Assembly: GCA_013265495.1 (NCBI GenBank)
Contig: MU058198.1
Location: 5,843,779-5,907,778, forward strand
Direction of reading: 5' to 3'
Source of the DNA: Vicugna vicugna
Lineage: Eukaryota
Length of the DNA: 64,000 nucleotides
Shown: positions 48,613 through 62,377 of the stretch, one piece after another
How the letters are laid out: each line of letters begins with the position of its first letter
Position numbering within the stretch: position 1 is the first letter of the stretch
The notes under the pieces: generated by a model
The model's database searches: none
The model's input: only the letters and a program-made list of their open reading frames with translations
Told to the model about the DNA's origin: nothing
Translations under genes and position numbers: made by a program

Positions 48613-50149
48613 GATTCTTTCATGCAACTGGACACATCTCAGTCTTCTTTTTCTCGAGCCTCTTCCCCCATCCCATCCTATTCCTCATTACTGCCACTCA
48701 ATCTCCACTTCCAGTGGATTCTGTCAGATCTCTGCCCACTCCCTACCTCCACCGGCATCCATCATCTCTTGTTAAAGTGGATGAGGAGCAGGGCCAATTT
48801 CATGGGCAGGCCACCTGCGCCCTAGCACTAAAGGGTCCTGTGCTTGGAATCTGATGCTCTGAGGTCCCCCTCCTGAAATTCTTAATCATTCTATCTTTGA
48901 ATCTGTGCTTTGTAAGGGAAGTCTGATGGGACAATGGAGCATGTGCCAAGGGCATGGAGCCTCTGCTCACACCTTCCACCTCCTGCCACCTGCTCACTGC
49001 CCTGTGAAAGGTTTTTAGCCTTCTGGTACCCACTGGCCCCCTGGACCCCACTTGGCCTCCCCTTTCCCACCAGCATCCAGCAAACTCTAGAGGGAGCTGG
49101 ACGCAGGCTGGGATCTTGGTGTAGAGCGTGGCAGTGACCATCTCTGCCCCAGGTGTGTCTGCCGGGTGGCCAAAGGCCACAGCTAAACTGAGGCAAGCTT
49201 CTTGCCCACTACCCATCCAGGTTCCAAGAGTCACCATATTGAATTCTTAGCACTTTTTGAACAAGACCTGCATTTTCATTTTGCCCTGAGCCCTTCAAAT
49301 TCTGTAGCCATCCCAGACCTGGAGTCATTCCTTCTCTCCAAGGTTGAGCCCTCCGCTCCCTCTGGGCCCCCAAACACCATCACTCCCCCATGTTTTCACC
49401 CTCTTCCCATCACCAGGTATAGCTCTTCCAGTCCCTCCCATCTGCAAACAACCAAACCTTCCCCTCACCCACCTCCCACTTCTCCCTCTATCTCCGTCCC
49501 TCACCAGCCACAGTTCCCTAAAGCTGTCTCCTAATCCTGTCTCCACTTCCTCCCTGCACACCCACTCCTCAGCTCTCTCGGGGCAGAAGCAGCCGGTGCT
49601 TCTACCAGGAGACTGCCTTCACTGACATCAGCTATCATGTCCGGGCCCGTTTCAACCCCCAGCTGTCTGCAGCCCTAACCCCTCCCTCGTTCTTCAAGCT
49701 CTGCTCTTCCAGGGTCTCCTGCTGCAGGCTGTTTGCTCCTGGTCAGGCTCCTTTCCTCCGTCTCCTCTGCCCTTCCTGAAATGTTGGGGAGCCCTATACA
49801 CACACACACACACACAGTGGGGAATCTAATCTGTGTCCATATGGGTTGTATCAAACTACAAACTTCACCAAATCTAGAGTTTCATGAGTCAGGGACTGTC
49901 ACCCAGCAGCCAGCACAGTGCCGGTCACACAGACTGTGCTCAGTAAACATTTGTTGGATGAATGAACAAATGAATGGTGTCTGCTAAATATACCTCCCCT
50001 ACCCAGACCTCTCCCCTGAGCTCCAGCCCCATATACCCGACTGCTGTTGGGCGTATCTCAATTTCCACATCTCCCACCCAGGTATTTCTGGTGTCCCCTC
50101 TAGTGCACGTCACTCTCTCATGTGACTTCTATTATGATATTGTATGTGT

Positions 50150-50440
50150 TATTTTTTATTGAAGAATAGTCAGTTTCCAATGTTGTGTCAATTTCTGGTA
50201 CACAGCATAATGTTCCAGTCACACATATACATACATATATTTCTTTTCATATTCTTTTCTGTTACTAAAGATATTGAATAGAGTTTCCTGGGCTATGCAG
50301 TATAAACTTGTTTATCTATTTTATATTTAGTAGTTAGAATTCGCACATCTCGAAATCCCAATGTGTCCCTTCCCGCCCCCTTTCCCTCCTGGTAACCATC
50401 AGTTTGTTTTCTATGTCTGTGAGTCTGTTTCTGTTTTGTT
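50150..50440 (-). mobile_element. Lineage L1 3' UTR fragment
   Basis: AATGTTGTGTCAATTTCTGGTAC...GGTAACCATCAGTTTGTTTTCTATGTCTGTGAGTCTGTTTCTGTTTTGT. Confidence 0.75.
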
Positions 50441-51548
50441 GTATGTATTACTAAGTCCTTTGGTTCTCATCGTGTCTCCCACACCTCCCCCACTAGACGG
50501 TAGACTCCACAGGGACACAGACTTTTGTTTGTTTGGTTCACTGCTGTATCCCAGGGCCTTAGAACAGAGTGTGGTACACAGTAGATGCTCAAGAAATACT
50601 TTCTGAACCAATGAACGGACCTCCACCTGGATGTGCCCATCTCAGACTCAGTATACCCTAAATTAAGCTCTTCATCATCCTCCCCACACCTCCTCCTTGT
50701 GGGTCCTGGTCTCGGCTGCTAAATCTAAAGAGTGGGCATCACTCCAGGCCGCTCCTCCTTCCTCCCTCCCTACAGAGATCCAGGCATGGACTGTCTGTCC
50801 CTAGGACCCCTTCTCTTCAGCAACTCTATGTGGCCAAGTCAGCGTCTTCATTTTTATCACCTGGAATTAGGCAAATAGCATCTTTCCTCTCAAACACTCT
50901 TCCCACTGTGACCAGAGATATTTTTCTGCGTCCCTTCCCTGCTCACAGGGCCTCCTGGCTTCCCTTAGCCAAAAGTGTGGGATGCATACCCCTGGGATAA
51001 CACAGGTGAGGGACACACCTCCAGGGTCACCCAGGTGGGAGATGCAAACCCCTGGGGTCCCTGAGATGATTCTAGGTGGCACATAGGTGTGGGGTAAAGG
51101 GACATCAAACCAGGAAAGTGATTCCCTTTTCAATTCCCTCTCTTCTTCTGACTAGCCTTCCATAGGCTACAGCATCTAGCCAGAATTTCCCTAACTCGTT
51201 TTTGGCATCGCTGGTTTTGTTTTCACAGTTCATTTCTATTTATGATAAGGAACGCTGGCTTTCCATTCGTGATGATGACAATATTTCTTTTAAAAACAAA
51301 GTTATTTAAATAAAACAAGTAAGTCACTATGAAGAGAGAGTTGGAGTAAAAAGTGATGGGGGAAAATGTGAGTATGGAAGAAATCAGCTTGTGGCCGTGT
51401 GTACGAGGGTCAAAAGTTTGGAAGACACGGGTCTGCACACCAGAGGCCAAAGCCTTTGCAGCCTAGCTTCTGGCTCCCCCTTCTCATTTCCTCAGCCCGT
51501 ACCGCTCCCCAGACACATGACCTGGCCACCCTCAGAATCCTTGACCTG

Positions 51549-52310
51549 GTGCGATATTGTGATTTATAATAAGAAATATATATTTGGTCTTTGTCCCCAT
51601 TCTTGGCACAGAGCTCCTAAAACCCTCAGAATTTCCTAAGTGATGAGAGCAGTTAAGTGTTTTTGTTATGTTAATGAGGCGACCTTTGGGAAGCCCCCAG
51701 GGCACCAAAGGATGGAGGCTGGTTGCTGGGCGAACCAACCTTGTGATTAGCAGGGAACTGTCAGCCCCACCCTTCAACCTCCTGGGAGGGGAGAAGGGAT
51801 GGAGACTGCCTTCAATCACCAGTGGCCAATGATATAATCAGTTGTGCCTGTGTAATGAAGCCGCCACAGTAGCGCAAAAGGGCTGGGTTTGGGGGGGCTT
51901 CTGGTTCTGTGAACATTTGGAGGTGCCAGGAGACTGGCTAGTTCTGGAGGTGGCCTGGAAGCTCTGTGCCCCTTCCGCCTGCTTGACCCCATGCATCTCT
52001 TCCACTTGGCTGTTCCTGAGTTATACCCTTTCATTATAAAAGGGAATCTAGCAAGATGATTCTCTCAGCCCTGTGAGCTGTACTAGCAAATTAATCAAAC
52101 CTGATGAGGGGGTCGTTGGAACCTCCGTCCTATTGCCAATTGGTCAGAAGCACAGGTGACAACCTGGACTTGTAATGGGTGTCTGAAGTGGGTGGGCAGG
52201 CAGTCTGGTAGGACTGAGCCCTCAACCTTGGGATCTATGCTCTCTCCAGGTAGATGGTATCAAAATTGAGTTAACTTCTTGACGGTGTGGAAAAACACAC
52301 TGCACATTTG
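51549..52310 (+). mobile_element. MER21-like solo LTR
   Basis: AAATATATATTTGGTCTTTGTCCCC...CTCCTAAAACCCT...TCAGCCCCACCC..CAACCTCC.GGGAGGGGAGA...CACAGGTGACAACCTGGACTTG. Confidence 0.75.
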
Positions 52311-52759
52311 CAAACCCTCAAGACTTTACTCATTTCCTTCCCTCTGTCAAGCACGCAGAGGCACTTCAGTTCTGTCTGCCCTGCCTCTACTCCTCCTTCC
52401 TCTATTAACAGGTCCTGGTCTTCCATGGGGACAATCTCTCCCTTCTGTTAGTTCAGGTTGTTTCCATGGAAGTGCTCTCACTCCCACCTTTCCAACAGGG
52501 CACATGACTCAGGCTTGACCAATCACAGTGTTCCTTCCCCAGTCTGTATAGTGGTTGGTTCAGGGACAGGCATGTGATTAAACTGACCATTGAGAGCCTT
52601 TCCTGATATGATCACTGAGACCATTAGAAAAAAGATCTGTTCTTTCCTCTGTGCTTCCTAACCTGGTAGGTTATAAGCCTGGACTTCTGAGAACCTTTTT
52701 TTTTTTTCCCCCATCGTGGAGTCTCACTCAGCCTGCTTAAGAATGAAGCCAATCCATCA

Positions 52760-52841
52760 GGGGTGGGAATAGCTCAGTGGTTAACACGCATGAGGTCCTG
52801 GGTTCAATCTCCAGTAACTCCATCAAAGAAAAAAAAAAAAA
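52760..52841 (+). mobile_element. Short tRNA-derived SINE with poly(A) tail
   Basis: ATAGCTCAGTGG...GAGGTCCTGGGTTCAATCTCCAGT plus an A tract. The flanks AATGAAGCCAAT and AATGACACCAAT resemble a TSD. Confidence 0.75.
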
Positions 52842-55800
52842 TGACACCAATACAGAAGAAAGCAGGTCCAAAGAAATTATTTGAGAACCTTGTTCCACCC
52901 ATGCCTGAAACTATATTCTTGAACTTAATCTTGTTTTTTTTTTTTTAATGAGTCAATAAGAAGCTAAATCTGTCACTTGCAACTGCAAGGCTCCTGGCTG
53001 AAACAGCTTTTTTTTTTTTTAAGATAGAATTCACGTAACATAAAACTCTCCATTTTAATTATTTTAAAATATACAATTTCGTGGGTTTTAGTATATTTAC
53101 AATGTTGAACCCATCACCACTAATTCCCTCACCACTCACCAGGCCCCCTTCACAAAAAACCCCTCGGCCATTAGCAGTCACTACCAGTATGACCTCCCCC
53201 CACCCCCTGGTAACCACTAATGAAATGTCAATTTTTAAGACCCAGTTTCAGTGGGCACTTCCCCAGAACCTTTTCCCACAACACAGGGCAGGACAGTTCT
53301 CTCTTCTGTGCACACTCCCTATTACCACTTTTTATGATTGTCAATTTAATTTCCTGTTTTTAGTAACAGAATACTTTGAACATACAGAAAATTACTACTC
53401 CTGTCTCTCTTACTAGACTCCTTGAGGGCTGGGACTCTAATCATTTCTTCTGTGTCTCTCAGCCCCCAGCCCAGGGCCAGGTTCAGACAAAGTGCTCAGG
53501 GGAAATAAATAAATATATAATAAAAACAAAGTAAAATAAAAAGGGAACAAGGGCTTACTCCAAACATCCCAGCCCTGGGCCAGGCCAATATGTGAAGATG
53601 CCAGCAAAAGTTTGTTGAGTGACTGATGGACGTCTTTGGTAAACACTTCCACAATGGACAACACCCTTGCCTTGCTTGTATATGATGGGGGTGCGGGGTG
53701 TGGGGTGTGGGAGTATGCTTTGGCTGAACTGATCACTTCCCACACTCTTGACATTTAATTAAACCCCAAACTAAACTTAAAGTTTGCCATGTCTGGGTAC
53801 CCCCTAAAATTTCCCCAAGCCACATCCACTTTAGATGCTCAGAGGTAGCATATTGGGGAGGCAGAATGCACCAGCGATCACGGGCACATTGATTGAACTT
53901 CTCTCTGGCTCGGCTGTCCCATCTGTACAATGGGTTAAAAATAGTATCTCAGAGGGTCGTCTGAGGACTTAAATGAGTGAAGACTTGTGCGGCCCTTAGA
54001 TAAGCACTGGCTCATTTAAAAAGTCTGTTAACAGGTGGTTTTTCTGGATTGCCTAAGAAGCGTGTGAGATCACTAAGCCATTGTACATGCTGCTGCCTCT
54101 ACTTGGAAATACTCTTTTCTACCCCTTAACTCACTGCCTCACTCCATTACATTTCAGCTTAGATGCCTTCTCCTTCAGGAAATCCTCCGGCTCCCCAGGC
54201 CGTGGTTAGGTGCCTCTCCTCTGGGCTCCTCACACCTGTGCTTCCCCATCAGCACAGGTAGGGATGATCTGGGACACCTCAGGGTGCCCAGTATCCAGCA
54301 CACAGCGAGTGCTGAGTTAATGAAAGGACAAATCAGAATATGCTTCAAAGGATGAACAAGTGATTTTGTTCTCATCCCTGAGGCATTCTCACTGGGATGC
54401 TTGCCCTATCCTGGGCACCAAGCCTCTGGCTGCATCTTCCATGTGCCTCTGGAAGAAGATTGTGGATCTGCAGCATTCCGAACCAGCTTGCACCAGCTCC
54501 TGAGAGCGACTGTGTTCATCTGTAGCCCTGAATTCCATGACATCGCTTTGGTAGCCTGGAAGTGGCTATGGCGGGGGGTATTTATACCATGGAAAACGGC
54601 ACATACTAGGTTTTTGCTTTTCACTTTTTGATTGTCGGCTGACCAGCACACCACCAGTTGTAATTTGAGGGGACCACAGAGTGCCTGTTTTGATCTCACT
54701 GCGACACGCCTTCCCACCACCAGGGTTTTATTTACGCAGCTCCCTCTGCCTGGACCACTCTCCCCCTCCCTCTATGGCTAGCCACAGCTCCCTCATGGCC
54801 CCTTGACCTTTGAAGGACAAAGCCTCTGCTTCTTCCTTCCCCTCTTCCCCCTCCCGCTCCGCCAGGCCCAGCCCAGCATGCAGGCTGCAGCTGTGAGTAA
54901 ATGTGTGTTGATTGACTGACAGACAGTTTTTGGTAACTATTTTTGCATGTTTGACCTTTTCCCCATGTGAATGTGGGGAAACCACGGCAGCCTGAACTTT
55001 CAGTAAAGAGGAGCCTCTTTGAGGAAGGGAGTCTTTGCAGAAACTCACCACAGCTGCCTGGAAGCCAAGTCATTGCAGCCCTTCCTCCCCGGGTGCGCAG
55101 CCTCTTGGAAGACCCAGGTGTCTTCGGGCTCCTGCAGGTGCAAGATGGGGGAACAGGAGGAGGTTGGGGACTTTGGGGCAGGGGCTCTTGGTGGGGCGGG
55201 AGGCCCTGGGAGAGCTGGGGGGTTGGCACACATACGTGCACACACACGCACACGTGGGGTGTGCTTGTGTCTGCAAATTCACGTTGATTTGTCACTTGGA
55301 TCATGGTCTGGTTCCAGGTGGGTTGACGGAGGTTTGGGGATCCTGAGACCACAGAAGGTGCTGGAAATCATGCTGGTCTCTGTCCCCTGCATCCCACCAT
55401 CTGCCAAGACCCAGGTTGTGCCCTGTGGCTCTGGCAGAAAGAGACGTGTCTACTCCCACGCGTGCTTGTGCGCATGGGGGGAACTGTACTCACAGGGCCT
55501 CTTGATGTGTGGGAGGGCTCAGCTCTGCGTAGCAAATACTCCATAACCAGGGCCTGTCCGATTTGACCCTGGCGCGTTCGTGTCTGCGCATGCGTGTGCC
55601 CCTCCCCGCGCCAGTTTACAAGCCCCTGGGAGGATGAGATTTCTGTTTTCATCCCTGTTATATCGCCAGCACAGTGTCTGGCACAGAGTAGATGCTCAAT
55701 AAATATTTGCTTGTATGCAAGTGTGCACGTATACACACCTATGCGCCTCTGCTCACGTGACCGGGTGACCTTAACGCGTGTGAACGCGGGTGGGTGGGGC

Positions 55801-56297
55801 ATCGCGTGCTTTCTGCGCAGGCGCGTGAACCGGGCTCTACAGGCCTGTGTGTGAAGGACCCTGAAGGGCGAGCTTGCGCCAGCGGGATGAGCCCTCGCCG
55901 GCCCACGTGACCACGCGCGCCGCGTCTCCCGGTACGTGGGCATCTATGTGAAATCGGGCTGCATGTGCACACAGGCGGGTGAGCAAAGGTATGATTTCGT
56001 GCGCGCGCGTGTGTGTTAGGTGAGATCTGTTTAGTTGTACACACGGGGGCGCGCGTGGACGTTTGTGAGAAAGATTGCGGTGCAGTGGTCAACAAACTGG
56101 CCAGGCTTGGATTCTGGTTTCCGTTTCTGCACATCTGTGCCACTGTGGACGAGGTACTTAAAACTCTCTGGGCCTCAGTTGCTCCATCTGTGAGGTGGAG
56201 TGATAATAGCACCTGCCTCCTGGAGCTGTTTTGGGGACTAAACAAGACACTAGCATTTGGCACACAGTGAATATTCAGTCATGCCGCCTGCTGCTGG

Positions 56298-56369
56298 TTT
56301 TTTTTTCCGGGGGGTGGGGAGGATTAGGTTTTATTTATTTATTTGTTTATTTGAGCTATACCCTCCCCC
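56298..56369 (-). mobile_element. Internally deleted copy of the camelid SINE
   Basis: The head TTGAGCTATACCCTCCCCC is joined directly to the tail GGGGAGG.ATTAGGTTTTATTTATTT; the B-box region is missing. Confidence 0.7.
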
Positions 56370-58129
56370 GCTGATGTTTTAAGTTGTGTGTTGCATACGG
56401 CTGTGTCCCCAACCCTGTCCCCACCCCAGCCCCAGAGAGAGAAGGACTGTCTCTGCTGAGCACTAAGATTTGCATGTGGGTTATGGGGAAAGAATCGGTG
56501 TCTTGGTGTAAGATGATCGGAAGCGGGTGGAAGTGGGGTAAACTGGGCTCTGAGCATCACAGCCCCTTCTCCTCAGCTATCCTTCCACCCCATGCATGGA
56601 GGAGAACTTGGGCTTTCCTTGGTCACCTGACTCCATCCTCCCAGCCTGGAGAGGTCAGTCTTTGCCAGACCAGCTCCCTGGGCTCTGGGGAGGCAGCTAT
56701 GAGATGATGGGTGAAGAACTCACTCTGAGGAAAGGTGGTCCCAGGATATGCGTACGGTGATTCCATTAGGGGTGGCCCTGGGTGTGCCCATTAGCGGTTC
56801 ATTAGGCCAGAATCTTCTACTCATACCATAAAATGGAAAGAGCCAGGTGCCTTTGAGGGGTCTAAAAAGAGCTATCATGCTCAGAAAGGGAACTTTGTAG
56901 CTCAGAGGAGACTGACACCAGTCAGAGTGATTAAGGAGGATGGGGGACTTCCCATCACTGCTGTCGGGCCCTGGGAGGAGCTGGTGAGCAGGAAGTGAGC
57001 TCTGAGGCTAATCCAGAGTGTTCAATTATCCACTGATTCACTCGAATCACGTTTCTTGAGTCTTATTCTAGGCCTTGGGGGGTCCAAGACTGGTCCCTGC
57101 CCACATGGAACTTGTGGTCGAGTATATAAGCCCCAGTAAGGCAGTGTGGTCCACAACATGACAAGGGAAGCTTGGGCCCAAAGGAGAGATGATTCACTTA
57201 GTCTCGGGGCATCAAGGAAAGCTTCCTGTAGGAGGTGGCATCTCCGTTGAAATCTGCAGGATATGAACCAGTTGATTGGGAGATGGTGAGGGCAAGAGTG
57301 CATCATCTGGTGGAGGGCACAGCACAGGCAAAGGTCTGGAGGAACAGCCCAACCCGGCTGGAGACAGAGTGTGAGTGAGCTGGGAGAGGAAGCTGCAGGG
57401 GAAAACAGCCCTGTGTGCCATGCATGGCGTTTGAGACCAAAGGACCTCGTCTGTCATCTGTAGGCCAGCCTGACTTGGGGCTGGCTGGGATGCCTGTTTC
57501 TTGGAGTAAGTCCGAAGTCGAGGTGGAATGGGGCTGGCTGTGGAGAGGAGGGCCTTGAAATATGCATTTGATCATTCAAGAAATTTTTCATGAGCACCTA
57601 CTACGTGCCAGGCTCTGCTCTGGCGATGGGGGTGGGGTGGTTCTGCAGTGAACAGAACAGACAAATCTCTGCCTTAATGATGCTGCATGTCTAGTGTGGG
57701 GACAGACAGGGAGGCCAGCGTGCCTGGAGCAGGGAGAGGGAGGGAGGGTAGGAGGAGATGACTTCACAGGTGGTGGGGGCCAGCCACGGAGGGCCTTGCT
57801 GGCCACCGTCAGGACTTCGGGTTTATTCTACGAAAGCCAGGAGGGCTATGAAGGACTCAGAACGTGGAGGTGATGTGATCTGATTTCTGTTTTAAGTGAC
57901 CACTCTGCAGGGAGGAGAACAGGATGGTTTTGGCGGGGAAGGTCCGAAGGCAGAGGTGGGAAAACCAATTAGCAGCCTGCTGTAATCGTCCAGGTCAGGG
58001 ATGCTGGGGGCTCGGGCCAGGTGGTGGCCGTGGGGTCTGGGTGTGGGTTTTTTTTTTTTTTTTGAGAGTTTCACAAAGTCTAATTTATTTAAGTTAGGAT
58101 GCTCCCTTTTATGTTTTTAAAAAATATTT

Positions 58130-58415
58130 TATTAGCTTCTAGATTTTATTTATTTTTAATTTTTGATTAAATTAACAGTTGAATTTACAGAATTTGTAGT
58201 TGATTTACAATGTTAGTTTCAGGTATACAGCAAAGTGATTCAGTTATACATCAACATACATATATATATATATATTTTTTTCTTTTCAGATTCTTTTCCA
58301 TTATATGTTATTATAGGAAGTTGAGTATAGTTCCCTGTGCTATACAGTAGGTCCTTGTTGTTTATCTGTTTTCTATATAGTAATGTATGTCTGTTAATCC
58401 CCAACCCCTAATTTA
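58130..58415 (-). mobile_element. Lineage L1 3' UTR fragment
   Basis: GTTTCAGGTATACAGCAAAGTGATTCAGTTATACAT...GTATAGTTCCCTGTGCTATACAGTAGGTCCTTGTTG. Confidence 0.8.
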
Positions 58416-60537
58416 GTTGTGAGTGTGTTTTGAAGGTAGAACCGGTGGGTGGATTCAGGGTGATGAGAGAAGGCGAGGAGGCAAAGATGACCCTGTGCTG
58501 AGGCCGGGCTGGGAACCCAGCCCCACACGCGGTCCACCCGCCTCAGCCTGGTCCCAGGGGCGGGTGGAATAATTATCATAGAGGAGCTTAATCAGACCTC
58601 CACTGTTGAGCCCCTGCTCTGCCAGGCATGGTGACTTCATTGCATCCTTGTTATTATCCTATGAGGTAGGGGGGTCTTCCCAGCCCCATTTTGCATTTTC
58701 AAAAGAAGAAATGTCCCCCAGGGTGACTCAGCCCTGAGACGTCATCATCATCATCGGTAAAACTGTGGGTCCAGCACTCCTCCCACCACAACGCCAGATC
58801 AAGTGTCCCCTCCGGGAGACACTTGGCAAGGTTTGGTGACGCTTCTGGTTGTTAGAACTGGGAGGAGCTGCTGCGGGCATCCAGCAGCTCAAGAAGCTGC
58901 TCGGTATCCTGCCACGTGGAGGACAGCCCCACAGCAAAGAATTTCCCAGCCCAAATGTCCACAGCGCTGAGGTGCACAGACCCGGCTCCCCCATCCTTCC
59001 AGGGCCTCCTGAGAGCCCGCCTGAGGGGTTTGGGAGCCTCTTCCTGAACCAGAAGTGAGCCTGTGCCAAGATGGCAGTAGGCAGCCGGCAGCCGTGGTGA
59101 CAGAGGCTGGTTCCTGGAAAACTGAGCTTGGCATCCTTGTGGCTTTTCTTCTCCTTTTTCAATCTGCAGATGGTCTCCAAAGTCCCAATGTGTCCGCAGC
59201 TCACTACCCTGCTGGGAACCTTCTATGGCTCTGGGTACCACCTTCCCCTCCAGTCTGTGGCCTCACCACTTCCGTCATGTCCAGCCACACCAGGGCCCTC
59301 ATTTCCCCGAAGACCCTGTGTCTCTGCTTGGAGTTTGGTTGCTCGTCTTCAGGGCATGCTTCCTTCTCCTTTCAGTCTGTTCTGATCTTGATTATTTCCC
59401 TTCTTTCACTTCCTTCTGTGTTTATCTTGCTGCTCTTCTTCCCAGTTCAATGTTCCAAGCATTCAGTTTTAGCTTTTCTTCTTTCCTAATTTATGAATTT
59501 TTAATGCTACAAATTTCCCTCTAAGTCTTGTTTTAGCTGCAACCCACAAGTTTTGAGATGTGCTTTTTGGATCGTTCAGTTCAAAATGCATTCTAATTTT
59601 TCCACTGTGATTTTTCTCCTTGTCCCTTTGGTGATTTAAAAGTGGATTTCTTGGTTTCCCCAACCATGGTTTTGAAAACCTTTGGAATGGCCTTTCCTAT
59701 GTTTTCATCATGGTAAACTACTCTTCATCCTTCCAAGTCCAGTTCAAGTGGCCCCTCCTCTGTGAAGCCTTCCCTGGACACTCCCTCCATACCACTCCAG
59801 GCATGTAATTAATAGTTGCCTCTTTTCGGCTCCCAAGGCACTTTGTAAAGATGTTCATAATAGCACTTTTAGGACACAAAGTAACCTATCTATCAAGACT
59901 CTTTCAGTTTCAAGTGAAAGAAAACTGATCCTTTTGGCTGAAACCAAAAGGGAACTTACTGTCTCATTTCACTAAAATGTCTGGCTTTCAGGCACAGCTG
60001 GATCAAGGGGTCCTGATTCCTGATGACTCAGTTCATCTCTTGGGTCATCATTCTGTGGCAAGTTCTCTCATTGTGGCCACAAGCTATCTGCAGTAGCTAC
60101 AGCTAGCACAGCCTCTCTGCTCCAAGTCTGGAGTCTTTGCCCTAATTGTCTCATCGCAAGTTTCATGGAGTCTCACTGGTTCTCACTGATACTCTGACTG
60201 GATTAATTAATATGGCCTGGGAATAGAGTACATTGGCTTAGGAAAGGGTCATGTGCTTCCCTGGGAAACAGGACAGAAAAAATCAGGACACAATTACCTG
60301 AAGAATAAATTAGTGCTGGAAAGCCCTTCCCCACCCCAAAAAAGTCAGTCTTATACTCACCACATGCCACTGTCCCAGCTGCTTTACTTTGAGTCCCGTG
60401 TGTCCCTTCCCCACTGGGCTTGAGACCATTGACAGTGATGAAAGATCTGTTTTATTAACTGAGACAAATCAGAGACTACAGGGGAGAGATGGGCGACTCT
60501 CCTCAGCCCTGCTGAGGCAGCTGCTGCAGGAGCTCTC

Positions 60538-60893
60538 TGTCTTAGTCAGCTCCGACTGCTACAACAAATACCACAGACAAGATGGTTTAAATAACAGAAA
60601 TGTATTTCTCACAGTTCTGGAGGGAGGAAAGTCCAAGAACAAGATGCCGACTGATTCAGTTCCTGGTGAGAACCCGCTTCCTCACTTACTGCTTTCTTGC
60701 CAGGTCCTCCCGTGGCCTTTCCTTGGTGAAGAGGGAGAGACCAGCTCCCTGGGGTCTCTCCTTATAAGAACACCAATCCTATCCTTAACGACCTCTTAGA
60801 GGCCCCGTCTCCATCCACAGCCACACTGGGAGTTAGGGCTGCGATATGTGAATTTCAGGGCGGGGATGGGGACACGAACATTCAATCCATAAC
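60538..60893 (-). mobile_element. MaLR solo LTR (MLT1A/B-like)
   Basis: TGTCTTAGTC...ACAAATACCACAGAC...TTTCTCACAGTTCTGGAGG...ACATTCAATCCATAACA. Confidence 0.8.
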
Positions 60894-62018
60894 ACCCTCC
60901 TTCCAGGGTAGGCCCTCCCACATCTTTTCCAAAAATCAGAGCCTCACAGACACTCAGCATGAAAGGAGCCTTTATGGCCCTGTGGTCCAACCACACATGC
61001 AATCAGTCCAACCATATACCCACATCAACAGGTGGCCAAGCCTTGGTTTGCATACCACCGGGGACAGGAAGCTCACCATTGACGGTAATTAGGCAACTCT
61101 GACTGCGCTGGTCTGGACCTAAAGGTCAGCTCTCACATCCCCCACCCTTGATCTTGGCTCTTCTTTGAGCTAAATACCTCTTCTCTCTCTTGGTTTTCAG
61201 ACCTTCTTCATACCCCTCCCCACCACCTTCTTGGTTGCCTCTTCTGAATATCCTCAGTTCGCCCATATTCCTAAAAACGAAAGGCCAGATCTAGACATAG
61301 ACTGCAGGTGTGGCCACTGCTGTGAGGCTAACCTCCCTTGTTCTGGCACCACACCTCTATTAATTCAGCCTCGGGGGCTTCCAGTTTCTCTTGAACGGAA
61401 CACACTTGACGTTGGGAAAAATCCCCAAGCACATGTTGAATCCTGTTGTCACCCTCTTACATGTGAAATTGACTATTTGACCGAAAGTAAAGGATGTTGC
61501 ACTCATCCTTGGTCAGTGTCTCTGGAAGGACGATAACTCACATCTCTATACATTTTTAATGCCTTCCCCTCTTGCTATGCCCTGTCCCTGGCATGCAGGT
61601 GCCTTGTGGCTGTCCTTTTTTTATTTCCCAAATGGAAATAGCTTTATTATTTTCCTCAGATTTCAGAAGCAATGTATCACTTTAAAAACTCAATACAGAA
61701 AAGTACAAAAAATTAAAAATAAAAATTCCCACCACCTGGATGTAGCCCTGTTAACACTTGGAGCTGGACCACCCAGGTTCAAATACTGCCTTAACCACTT
61801 ACTAGCCCTACGATCAGGGGCAAGTTGCTTAAACTCTCATGTCTCCATTTCCTTGAGTCTAAATGCAGATATTAAAAGGTGGTTGTGATATCTTAGCACA
61901 GTACCTAATAGATGGTAAGTTCCCTTAAAATGTAAACAACTTTGCTATTTTTGTTATTAATAATTGTATTAGTCAAGACTCTGTTTCTCTGGAGAACCTT
62001 GACTAATACAGAGAAATG

Positions 62019-62377
62019 TGTCTTAGTCTGTTCGGGCTACCATAAAAAAATTACCATAGACTTGGAGGCTTAAACAACAGAAATTTATTTTCTCAGTGTT
62101 CTGGAGGCTGGAAGTCAGCACAGTTGGGTTCTGGTAAGGGTTCTCTTCCTGGCCTGCAGACAGCCGCCTTCTCACTGCACCTTCACAAGGTGGAGGGAGA
62201 GAGAACTCTGGTGCCTCTTCCTCTTCTTATGACACCACAGTCTTACTGGATTAGGGCTCCACCCTTCTGACCTCATTTAAGTATAATTACCTCCTAAAGG
62301 GCAGGTAGAATCACACTGGGGATTCGGGCTTCAGCGTATGAACTGGGGGAGGGGGGTGGAAGCAATTCAGTCTACAG
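62019..62377 (-). mobile_element. MaLR solo LTR (MLT1A/B-like)
   Basis: TGTCTTAGTCTGTTCGGGCTAC...TTAAACAACAGAAATTTATTTTCTCA...GGATTAGGGCTCCACCCTT.TGACCTCATTTAA. Confidence 0.8.
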
